Shown here in pieces: positions 21,918-31,829 of a DNA stretch of 64,000 nt (positions are counted from its first letter, which is position 1; each line of letters begins with the position of its first letter). Both the position numbers and the translations under genes were made by a program. The notes under the pieces were generated by a model, which saw only the letters and a list, made by a program, of their open reading frames with translations, ran no database searches and was not told the origin of the DNA. Location of the stretch: the NCBI GenBank assembly GCA_965240325.2, contig OZ251237.1:620001-684000 (forward strand). Direction: 5' to 3'. The stretch is from Rebecca billardiae RCC1528. Lineage: Eukaryota; Protista; Haptophyta.

Positions 21918-22695
21918 CAGGGGTCTCAACAATTAGCTGTATCTCTGTTTGTGCCACTGGACAGGCATGTGAGCACTTGATTGCCTGGCTAGATGTGGTC
22001 TAGCACAGCCCACTCCCTGGCCATTCTGACGAGTGGGTGGCTGCTTGGCCAGCTCTCCATGCTGGGCTGTGGTGCCATCCAGAGTGCGCATGTGCAGCAG
22101 CCCAGGTGGGTGCAGCGAGGGGTGCGGCAGGCAGCAGTGGGTGGTCAGCTTGAAAATCCATGCAGGCCAGCCACCAGCAGCTGGGCTGCAGAGCTCTTGG
22201 CTGCACCAGCCCCACTCCAGCCCCCTCAAGTCGGGTGGCTGGCCACCCTCGGGGTGTGTCAGCGGGTGCTGCTGCTGGCCTCCCAGTGCAGGGGAGCTGA
22301 CCCGACAGGTCCTTGCGCAGGTGGGGGTGCGGGATTGGGCACTGTGCCACAGCAGCTGCATCCCATGAGCTCCCCCCCAGGTGGCATGCAGCCCACCCTA
22401 GGGGGTACCAGATCCACTGCCAAGCACAATTTAGGCCTGGCCTGTGTGGGCACACGGCCCGCGACCAGTGACGACAAGCCTGCGGCAGGATCTGGCCAGC
22501 TGCGACAGGCTGTACGCCTGCAGCCGTGTGACCTGCTGGTGTGCCCAACTCCAGCCCACGCGCGCTGGGGCTGACGCGCTGGGTCGAAACCGTCGTGCAC
22601 GGGCCGTGGGGGCCGCCTGGATCAGCCCAGGGGGGCAGGGTGAGCAGTGGCGTGCAGCTCAGTCAGAATGTGACGTTTAATTGTTGAGACCCCTG
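21918..22695. mobile_element. Mariner/Tc1-type MITE, 778 bp, TA target duplication
   Basis: Perfect 18-bp TIR CAGGGGTCTCAACAATTA (21918-21935 / 22678-22695) with TA on both flanks; no transposase ORF; CpG-poor interior. Confidence 0.9.
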
Positions 22696-23532
22696 TAGCG
22701 TATCTTCCTTTTGAGGGTGCCGGTAGTACGCTAGCGCCGGCTATGTTCGAGACCTCAGAGGCTAAGACTTCAGCCAGAGGTGCCCCAGGAGGTGCCCAAC
22801 ATGATTGACTTAATGGGCAGCAAGCGCTGCGCACGTCAGAGAGCTCCACGACTGACGTTTTGAGAGACACGCTCAGCGACGCGCGGCGCGGGCTCGTCGT
22901 CGGACGACCAACAGCACTGAGGGGTCACGGCGACAGCACACAGGGCGGGCTAGTCGGCGGGACGTGCGGCATTCGCGACTCCATCAACCGTTGACGAGCG
23001 CGCGGTGGCAGCGGCGCGCTGGTCGCACCTGCAACGCCCTGCTCAGGCACCGCGGCCACCGCGCTGCTGGCCACGCCCACGGCTCGCGCCGCAGCGGCCG
23101 CGCATAGCTTGCACTGGCGCAATTGGCGTGGCGTGCGGCAGCGCGGTGGCACTCGGGGCGATGACGTTGACAATGATAAGTTGCTCCATCGCCACAGCCC
23201 GCTCGAAGCCCTGCGCCGCGCCGCTTTCCTCCGCCTCACGCCGCGCAGCGCCGCAGTCATCCAAATCACGACCGTCGTCGAGCGCGGTCGCCTCTGGAGG
23301 GCCGTCGTCGGCATCAGAAGAGAAGGTCTCGTCATGTGAGTTGTCGTTGAGGTCCCAGGCATCAATCGCGCCCGCGGCCGCCCTCGCGCGCGCCCCCTAC
23401 GCGCCGTCAGAGCTCACGCGCGCCGGGGCGCCATCGAAGATACGCTACTGGCCTCGCAGGCGGACGGCTGAACGAATTTTTCCGGCGGCGCTACCATCGG
23501 CGACGGCTTCATGGGCGGCGACAGTTGGCGGG

Positions 23533-23583
23533 CGTCAATCTCGCCTGCCTGAGCTGTGTGCGTCTCTTATTCTTAGTAAACTG
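23533..23583 (-). mobile_element. Right-type end of the CAGTTTACTA family
   Basis: ATCTCGCCTGCCTGAGCTGTGTGCGTCTCTTATTCTTAGTAAACTG|TA, identical over 46 bp to 55600-55645. Confidence 0.8.
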
Positions 23584-23783
23584 TAGCGTATCTTCCCCGC
23601 GGCCAACAAAGAGATAGTTATTTATTAATTTATTAAACCTGAGTTACGTCGTCGCTAGTCGCGGAGCCAGCTGGCGGCTGCAGCAGTCGACCTCGCTCAG
23701 CCGGGGGCGGAGGGCCGAGCGGGAGGGGCCCGCAGTCGAGCAGGAGGGGGCCGCGGTAGCCGTGGCATCGTTGCCAGAACGCG

Positions 23784-24749
23784 TCAGAAGTCGGTGAACG
23801 GATCGGCCCCGTCGTCGGCAGTCGCCACGGCAGCGACTGCGCCACTCGCGACGCCGAGCAGTCGCTGCTCGTGCTCGGCGAACTGCAAGCCAGGAGGCAC
23901 CGCTCGTCCGGTCTTTACGGCCGCCCAATCGATCGACTCAAACCACGGGTGCTCCTGCACGCCCGCGAACGCGCCCGGGAAGCGCGCCAGCCGTGTGTCC
24001 TCGTCCTTTGTCAGCAGAGCACGAACGAGGTCAACGCCGTGCGCGTCGAGCCCGTGCGCCTCGAGCCGCTCGAGCGGTGGCTCGGCCTCGAGGATCAGCC
24101 GACGCAGCTCGGCGTCGTCTGCGCTCGCGAACGGCGGCGTGCCGTCGATGCTCTCGAAGAGCAGCACACCGACAGCCCAGAGCTGCGCGCTCACGCCGTG
24201 CCCGTCGCCACGCACCGCCTCGGGCGAGGCGTAGTGTGGCGTGCCGACGACGGAGGTACTGCGCTCGTCCGGCGTGACGCGTTTCGCGTGGCCAAAGTCC
24301 ACGAGCTTCAGCTCGCCGCTCCCGGTGAAGAGCAGGTTCGGCGGCTTGATGTCGCGGTAGAGCACGCCGGCGGCAAGTAGCTGCTCGAGCGCGACGAGCA
24401 GCTGCGCGATCACGCAGCGCGCGGCGGCGGGCGCAAGGCCGCCCTGCCTGCGCATGTGCCAGAGGAGCTCGCCCCCCGTCGCGAGCTCGAGCAGGAGGTA
24501 CAGATTCGCCTCGTCCTGCAGCGTGCGGTAGAACCTGGCCACGAGTGGGCAGTCGAGCTCGCTCAGGATGGCCTTCTCGCGGTACAGGCGCTCCAGCTGC
24601 TTCTCGCCGACGATGCGCCGCTTCTCGATGGCCTTGAGTGCGTATCGCGCGCCCGACCGCCGCTCGACGCACAGGCTCACGCGCGATGTCGCGCCGCGGC
24701 CGAGCTCATCGCTGATCTCCAGGTCGGCGAGCTCAATGGTAGACGCCAT
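23784..24749 (-). CDS. AGC-family Ser/Thr kinase, PKA catalytic subunit/PRKX-like
   Basis: LGRGATSRV, YALKAI, YRDIKPPNLL, DFG, GTPHYASPE, HPWFESIDW, C-terminal DPFTDF (FxxF); intronless. Confidence 0.9.
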   Translation of the reverse strand: MASTIELADLEISDELGRGATSRVSLCVERRSGARYALKAIEKRRIVGEKQLERLYREKAILSELDCPLVARFYRTLQDEANLYLLLELATGGELLWHMRRQGGLAPAAARCVIAQLLVALEQLLAAGVLYRDIKPPNLLFTGSGELKLVDFGHAKRVTPDERSTSVVGTPHYASPEAVRGDGHGVSAQLWAVGVLLFESIDGTPPFASADDAELRRLILEAEPPLERLEAHGLDAHGVDLVRALLTKDEDTRLARFPGAFAGVQEHPWFESIDWAAVKTGRAVPPGLQFAEHEQRLLGVASGAVAAVATADDGADPFTDF

Positions 24750-24819
24750 CCTGACGACCACGCATGGACGGTGCCCGGCTGAGGCGCTCCACCTTGGCCA
24801 AGGCACTCACTCGGCAACG

Positions 24820-26073
24820 ATGACGATGGCCGACGAGGTCATGCACCTCGCCAAGCAACACTGGCGGAAGCGCTATCGCGTGGCGGTGGAGGGCTGCGAC
24901 GCCGCGCCCTTGCGCGCGCAGCTTCAGTCGCTGTTTCGCCTCCTGATGACGGGCGCCGATCCGGTGGCCGCGCGGGCCGACGCGCGCGCGCTCATCGGCG
25001 TCGCCGACGACGGCGAGGCGCCGGTCGCTCGGCTGCGCGAGCTCGGCAAGCAGGCGCACACGCTCGTGCGTCTCGCCCACGCGGCCTTCGAGGCGGCCGA
25101 CGGGAACTTCTCGGACGCCGTGGTGCACCTGGACTGGGCCTCGCTCACGGGCATCGATCCCGAGATCATCGACACTATCGGCCACCTCGAGCGCTCGCTG
25201 GGTGGCCCGCCACAGACGGCGTCAAGGCGGCTCGCAGACGACCCGGATCGGCGCATGCCGAGCGCCGAGCCGGCGCCGAGCGTGCTGCCCAACGGCCTGC
25301 GCCCGGAGGACGAGGTGCGCAGCGTCCCCGCCGACGAGCTCTCGCTCGACGCCTTCGCGCGCGAGCACTTCAAGCCGGAGGTGCCTGTCGTCGTGCGCGG
25401 CGTGGCGCGAGGCTGGCCCGCTCTCGACAGATGGGCCGACCTGTCGTACCTCTCGAGCGTGTTCGGGCACCGCGTGATCCCTGTGGAGGTGGGTCGCTCG
25501 GCGCTGCGCGAGAGCGCGGGGGGCTGGACCGAGCGTGCCATGCCGCTCGACCGCTTCGTCGATGCGCACCTCCTGCCCTCGAACCGAGCAGCGCGCGCTG
25601 GCCGCCGGCTGGCGGATGGCGATATCGCGTACTGCGCGCAGCACCCGCTGATCGACCAGGTGCCAGCGCTGCGTGCGGACTTCAGCGAGCCGGTATACTG
25701 CGCGGCCGCGGGCGAGCGCGCGCGCGTCGTCAACTGCTGGCTCGGCACCGCGGATACGTGCACGCCGCTCCATTTCGACTCGTACGACAACCTGCTCGTG
25801 CAGCTCGCCGGGTGCAAGCTCGTGCGGCTGCTCGCGCGCTCCGAGACGCCCAAGCTGTACGTGTCGGCGAGCGGCGGCGTTTCCGTCGCCGCGCAGGGCA
25901 ACGTGAGCCCCGTCGACGTGGATGCGCCTGATCTGGACCGCCACCCGCTGTACGCCAGCGCGCGCGCCTCGTGGTGCGTGCTGAGGCCCGGGGACGGCCT
26001 CTTCTTGCCGTCGCGCTACTGGCACCATGTGCGGAGCCTCAGCACCTCGTGCAGCCTGAATTTCTGGTTTTGA
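24820..26073 (+). CDS. JMJD5: JmjC-domain 2OG/Fe(II) oxygenase, JMJD5/KDM8-like
   Basis: PVVVRG, WPALDRW, GHRVIPVEVG, YCAQHPLIDQVPALRADF, TPLHFD, GCKLVRL, WHHVRSLSTSCSLNFWF. Confidence 0.88.
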   Translation: MTMADEVMHLAKQHWRKRYRVAVEGCDAAPLRAQLQSLFRLLMTGADPVAARADARALIGVADDGEAPVARLRELGKQAHTLVRLAHAAFEAADGNFSDAVVHLDWASLTGIDPEIIDTIGHLERSLGGPPQTASRRLADDPDRRMPSAEPAPSVLPNGLRPEDEVRSVPADELSLDAFAREHFKPEVPVVVRGVARGWPALDRWADLSYLSSVFGHRVIPVEVGRSALRESAGGWTERAMPLDRFVDAHLLPSNRAARAGRRLADGDIAYCAQHPLIDQVPALRADFSEPVYCAAAGERARVVNCWLGTADTCTPLHFDSYDNLLVQLAGCKLVRLLARSETPKLYVSASGGVSVAAQGNVSPVDVDAPDLDRHPLYASARASWCVLRPGDGLFLPSRYWHHVRSLSTSCSLNFWF

Positions 26074-26430
26074 ATATGCCCGGCGAATCCAAGAGCCCAG
26101 AAGGCAGCAGCACCGCCATCAGCAGGTCGCACTGCGACTGCCGCTGTCAGACGAAGGTTCGCGGATATCCGCGCATCAACCATTCAACCGCGGCGCGGCG
26201 GCGCCGGAACTCATCGCCGAACTCGGCGGGTCAGCTGGTCGGCACTGACCTTAGTTACGGACCACGCGCGCTAGCTAGTAGCGCTAGTCCGATCACTGTG
26301 AGCCCGTAATGGGCCGCGTGCCACTAATGAAGGCTCAGCAATGTTATGAGCATTCACATGTGCGCTTTCGCCTTTGCATATTGAGCGGCGCGGCGTCACC
26401 TGAGCGGCATGCCGCCAAGTTCACACGAGT

Positions 26431-26754
26431 TCACACATGGCCGGGACCGGTGGCGAGCTGTGTCTTTCCAAGGTTTGTGACCCAAACCTTCTGGCCGACC
26501 TTGGCGGTCACCTCTTCTCGCGCGTAAGGGTTGGTGGTCGTCGCCCCGTCGCTCTCGGGAGCGAGCTTGTGCAGGCGGTAGCCCGGCTGCACGACCACGC
26601 CGGGTAGCGATGGCTCGAAGCTGCGCAGCTGCTCGGGCGTCATGAAGTTCTTCGTGAGCTCAACCGGGATGACTGGGTTCGGATTGTCGGGGTGGTACTT
26701 GCCCGGATTCGAGTAGTGCGCGTTCTCGATGGCCTGCGTCACCCTGAGCGACAT
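26431..26754 (-). CDS. Small hypothetical protein or gene fragment (~107 aa)
   Basis: Host-like codon usage and a non-Arg/Ala-biased peptide (MSLRVTQAIENAHYSNPGKYHPDNPNPVIPVELTKNF...); head-to-head with the 26940 gene. Confidence 0.45.
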   Translation of the reverse strand: MSLRVTQAIENAHYSNPGKYHPDNPNPVIPVELTKNFMTPEQLRSFEPSLPGVVVQPGYRLHKLAPESDGATTTNPYAREEVTAKVGQKVWVTNLGKTQLATGPGHV

Positions 26755-26939
26755 CGTGGGCGTGAGGAACCCCAAGTGTGCGCAGTGGTCCGTAACAACA
26801 AACTGTAGTAGTAGTATTTACATCTGGCCAAGTAATTCGTTCGCTCCGGCAACGAGATTGACGGCCCGCGGCCCCGCGCGGGCGGGCCCTCAATTTGGGC
26901 GCGAGGCGGGCGAGCGACGGCCAAGGCAGAGCGTCAACC

Positions 26940-27823
26940 ATGGGCTTCTTGGGGCCGGCGCAGGCCAACAAGAAGGCAGAGAGCAGCGGCGCGGGCGCCT
27001 CGGCAGGTGACTCGCGCAGCACACGCGACGACAAGCGGACCGCCAGGGACGTTTTCAACGCGCCCGTGCAAGGCAATCTTTTTGGCGGCGGCGGCCGCGC
27101 CAACCGGCTGAAACGCGAGCACTGGCGGCCGCTGCGCTTGCAGTTTGGCAACGAGGAGAAGGAGGAGCGGGGGTCCAACAGGAACCTGTCGGAGGTCGTC
27201 ATCGGTGGCACGAATGTCAGCCGCGCGGTGGGGTTTGGCATCCGTGACACGGTGCGTCTGCTCAAATCGAACGACGCGCACATCAAGGTGCCAGACAACA
27301 TCGGCAAGTGGCTCGTGCAGGAGGAGAACCTGGCGATGGACCCGGACGGTGACCCGCCGCCGACGCTCCTGTACGCGGGCAAGATCAGCCAGCGCTTCAA
27401 GGACCGCGTCATCTCCGACCTGCCCTGCGGCGTCGGCTTCTCGTGCCCGTTCCCGCTCATGTTTGGCTTCTTCGCGTGGTCCTACTATCGCATCTACAGC
27501 GCGTGCATCCTGCCCGTCTCGCTCAAGACGTGCGACCAGACGCTGCTGTGGCACAAGAAGCAGTACCACCGGCGCACGTACATCTACATCTACCACAACC
27601 GCATCGAGGCCAACTACCCGACCGTCCGCTTCCCGTGGGGCCTGCTCGGCTGTGGCTCGTGGAACGAGGACAACGTCGTCGTGAACCATTTTGATCGCGG
27701 CGCGTTCGGCTTCAGGCAGGTGCCGTGCGGCACGCCCTTCCACTGCTGCTTCGTGTGGGAGCCGTTCGGCGAGGTGCGCGCGCTCGCTGCGCCCGTCGCG
27801 CCCGCATGTGCGAACACGCCGCC

Positions 27824-27858
<35 letters not shown>

Positions 27859-28718
27859 TGCCGCTGCCGCCCGCCGCCTCCGCCGCCGAGCCCGCGGCCG
27901 CGGCGCCGCCCGCCGCCGGCTCGCGCCGCGGCGACACAACTGGCGTTGCGGGCGCGCCGCGCGCGCCGCGCGCCGTTCACGCGGCCATGCACGCTCACAC
28001 GCGCTCACCCGCTGCGTGCAGGTGGCGGGCCGGCAGCGCTGCCCGTGCAACGGCCCGCTGGTCGACGGGCAGGGCAAGCTGCACTGCAACCAGTGGTGCT
28101 GCGACCACTGGTGCTGCAGCGTGTGCTGCTGCCACTACCAGTACCCAGGTGCGCTGCGCCCGTCCCATCGGACCGCGCATCCTCGCCAGCCAAGCCTTCC
28201 CTGCGTCCGCCCGGCCGCACTCACGTTCGTCACGCTCCCGCCGGTGCGCTTGCTGGCTGCGCCTCGTCGACAGGCCTCGAGGACGCGGCGGAGTTCGCCG
28301 TGGCTGCCGACGTCGCGCTCCAGGCCTACTTCAACCGCGAGACGCTGACCAAGGAGACCTTCGAGGAGCGCCTCGACGTCGAGCTGGCGCGCCGCAAGAT
28401 GCCGCCGCGCCAGCAGTACCACTCGCACGACGCCGACGACAAGTGGGCGTACAGCCGGCGCAAGGCGGCCGTGGCGGTCGCCATCGGCACGATCACCATC
28501 GCACTGCAGATCACCATCATCCTCACCGCGGCCTTCTACCTCCGCTTCTGGATCCAACGGGATTCGTACGCGACGCAGGTGTGCGCACGCGTGCGGCATG
28601 CTACAGTACGGGCCACCACTCACAGGCGCCGCCGCGCGCCGTGCCCCACGCTCGCGGGCAGGCCCAGTACTACGCGACCTACGCCGCCGAATCCGTGCAG
28701 TCTGCAACCGCCTCTTGA
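26940..28718 (+). CDS. Uncharacterised Cys-rich membrane protein
   Basis: Four exons (introns 27774-28021, 28149-28273, 28579-28661). CNQWCCDHWCCSVCCCHYQY cluster; C-terminal TM helix AAVAVAIGTITIALQITIILTAAFYL. Confidence 0.75.
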
Positions 28719-29330
28719 TGCCACCTGAAATAGAAGCCGTCGCGCCGGTTGTTCAAGCCGACATGTGTGCCGCGCGCGCGCCGGCGCTGCTCTGCGGCTC
28801 AGGCTCCGGATCCTCGTCCGGCGTCTCCGGGCGGAATTACATCCGTGCCTGCATGCCCGTGGCGATCCGGCGGCCCCTGACCCAATATATGTGGCGGGGG
28901 TTATGGGCACAATAATATAATTAAAATGCTGATGATTGGCTAAGTCTTGTCGACTAACTGTTATTTAGTCAGAATCACTTAAATTTAGTCATCATTATTT
29001 ACTTATTAGAAGTCTATAATTATTCTAATAATACTCTCGGAACAGACCGAACAGAGGACGGACCGGGCTGACGGGCCCGCTGACGGGCCGAGGGCCGCGC
29101 GGCCGACAATTGCGCCGTCGTATCATCAACTACTACTATATACTCAGACAACCGACCTGCCCAGGCGGTGCCGTGTGACGACAGCTACTGACATTCGGCC
29201 GCCCGAGCCCGCGGCGGCCGAGCTCAAGTCCGGCTGCCATCTTGGCGCCATCCCCCTCTTCTCGTGTCTCGAGGGGCTTTCGGCGATTGCCTGCCTGCTC
29301 ATGCTGTGACATGTGTCATGTGAGTCTGTC

Positions 29331-29590
29331 CAAGGGGTCTTACAAATAACCCACTGGGAAGGAAGCCCCCAGTGCGAGCTCGGTCCCATGCTCTGTACCC
29401 CGCGGTTCTGAAGTCCGGTGATTTCGCAGGCTTCAGCGGTGATTTTTGAGCCGAAACGCCTATATTCTGAACGATCTCCGGACAAAAAGCCACTGTGGCC
29501 AGGCTTCCAAAACACCGGACTCTGGAACCGCGGGGTACAGAGCATGGGTTCACTTGCCTTCCTCCCCAGTGGATTTTTAAAGTCTCCTTG
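29331..29590. mobile_element. MITE, 260 bp, P-element-like (CAAGG...CCTTG ends, 7-bp TSD GTCTGTC)
   Basis: GTCTGTC at 29324-29330 and 29591-29597. Imperfect ~85-bp TIRs with a perfect core CCCATGCTCTGTACCCCGCGGTTC. Confidence 0.88.
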
Positions 29591-30233
29591 GTCTGTCGGC
29601 CGCGTTCGACTGCACAACGTCAACGGCCCAGAATAATGTAGTCGTATATTATAATACGTATTACTCGCTGCTGGCTCCAGCTCCGGTTGACACCGCGCCC
29701 TAGGCTCCGTTACGGGAGTTGGCCCTGGGGCCCGCCAGCCTGGCCCTGGGCCTGATGAGCCGAAGAGGGGCTGAAGTCAACCGCTTGAGCCGCGGACCGC
29801 GCCGCCTCCCATCATCACATTGTAACAGCGGCCGACGGTCCGCCGCCAGCGTTATTCGCCCGGACGACCGCCGCGCCCCAATAATTGAATGGACGATGAT
29901 TGATATCGGATCGATGACTTTAATTGACGATCACGATAATTCCGAGTTAGACAGAGTGATGACGCGACAATCATGCCAATCAAAACGTGATTAGAAATGG
30001 GGCGATATATCGTATCGCCATCAGTGACGATGACCCGTATCAGTATCTGATAGAACTATATTCTGATTCGAATCCTGATGAGCAGAGATGAGCCGCCAGC
30101 GATTCGGCTGAAGAGTTGACGCCGCACGTGTCCGTGCTGCAAGCTGTCTGGCGGTGGCGGGCCGGGCGGGCACTCACTTGAGCTGGCTCGGAGAGAAGTT
30201 GGATGCTCAGCGAGCCCGTGTCATTCCCGCCAT

Positions 30234-31252
30234 TTACCAATTCGCGCCGTCCTCTTCCTCGTCCATCGCCTCAACGCTCTTCTTCTCTCGCTCCCGGAGC
30301 AGGAGCAGCTTCGCGTGCGCCTCGGTCTTGTACGAATCCAAGTTCTGCGACGCGCGCTCGGCGAGGAAACGGCGCTCGGCCTCGAGCGTCTCGGTGTCAG
30401 GCGAGTTGAGAAAGTAGTGCACGCGGATGGCGGTGCGCGCCTTGGCGGCGGAGGTGGGGTAGAACGGGCCAGCCTTGCGCTGCGCGATCGAGTCCAGCTT
30501 CTGCTGCCGCTCACGCGCCTGACCCTCGTTGTATGGGCTGCGCATCGAGATGTAGCCGTGCATCTGATCGGTGATGAGCTCGCGTGCCTCGTGCGCATTC
30601 ACTGGCCGGAACGGCGGCACGTACGTGCTCGCGCTCTTATCAGTGGCCTTCGCCTTCTGCTCGCGCTGCTGTGCTAAGTATGCCTCGCGGCTGCGGCTGG
30701 CGTCCGTGCCCTGCGCGACGTCGCGCGGGCGCGGGCCGGGGAAGCACATTAGCGTCGGCGCCTGCAGAGGCGCGCACGCGCGCACGCACACACGCCCACC
30801 TTGTGGATCACAGATGCTCGGAAGCTGCTCAGCGCGCTGAATGGGATGGTGTCGTTTGTCTCGGAGAAACGAGCCTTCCCGGGTGACGCCGAAGCCGATC
30901 TGCCAAGCGGATTGGGCGGGGAATGCGCTTGTCAGGGGCATCTCGCAGGAGCAATCGCGTCGCTAGGATCGATCCTGCGACGTTGGGGGAGGTAGGCATG
31001 GGGGGCGGGGCGGGCACTACCCCCCGCCTCGCAGGAGCGATCGCGTCGCAAGCATCGATCGCGCGCGCACCGCCTGCTGGGCGTCGTGCCAAAGCTCTCC
31101 GTGGGCACGGTGATGGCCTCGAGCTCCTCATCTGTGAATGCGGAGAGTGCAGGGAACCGGCGGTACGAGACCGAGGCGCGGTGCTCCACTTGCCGCCCCC
31201 GCGCGCCGGTGTTTTGCCTCGCGGGTTGACCCTGTAAGACCGTCGTCGCCAT
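30234..31252 (-). CDS. Hypothetical protein (~252 aa)
   Basis: Exons 31252-31071, 30899-30800 and 30710-30234, joined by GT-AG introns, give one open frame (MATTVLQG...VIHKGTDASRSREAY...DEEEDGANW). Confidence 0.65.
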
Positions 31253-31829
31253 CGTGGGCGGTCGTAACAGTAGCGCTCCCTTGCCGGCGCCGTCGAAACC
31301 GACTTTTGAGTCCTGATGATCATTCTGATGACAGGATTTTTAATGCCCGGACGCCCAGGAAGGCGGAAGGAGGGCGACGAGGTCGTCGATTGAACCCCCT
31401 TGGCTCGAGGAGGACCGGATCACTCGTTGGTGTCCACTCACTGATTCACAGTCTCACTTGTATGAATGACAGTATGCTAGTCTGAGCGGCTACAAGACAT
31501 GTAAATCACCAGCGGCCAGCGCCGTCGCAGCTACCTGCCCTGTTGCCCGCGGCCCGGGGCGGCGAGGCCATCGATCACGCGCGCGCAGGGCAGGGGTGGG
31601 GCGGCCATGAGCGATGTGTGCGCGCGCGGTGACGGCGCGCTGAGTGCGATCTGACGCCACGCCGGCCGGCTGCTCAGTGTGAGCTGGGTAGTCGAATGGA
31701 GTCACTCACGCGGGAGTCAGAGTAAATAGTGTTGTGAGAATGGTGGTTATCGTCATCGCAGCGGGGCGCGGCTCCGACGTCGCGCATCGGCGAGTCGGCG
31801 GCGCGCGCGCACCTGCACGGGCCTCGTGC

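Larger units (their letters stand above)
21712..23616. mobile_element. Non-autonomous TIR element (17-bp TIR TATCTCTTTGTTGGCCG) containing repeated palindromic sites and nested inserts
   Basis: 21712-21728 is the exact reverse complement of 23600-23616. Decayed acidic coding relic on the minus strand ~23043-23365. Confidence 0.75.
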
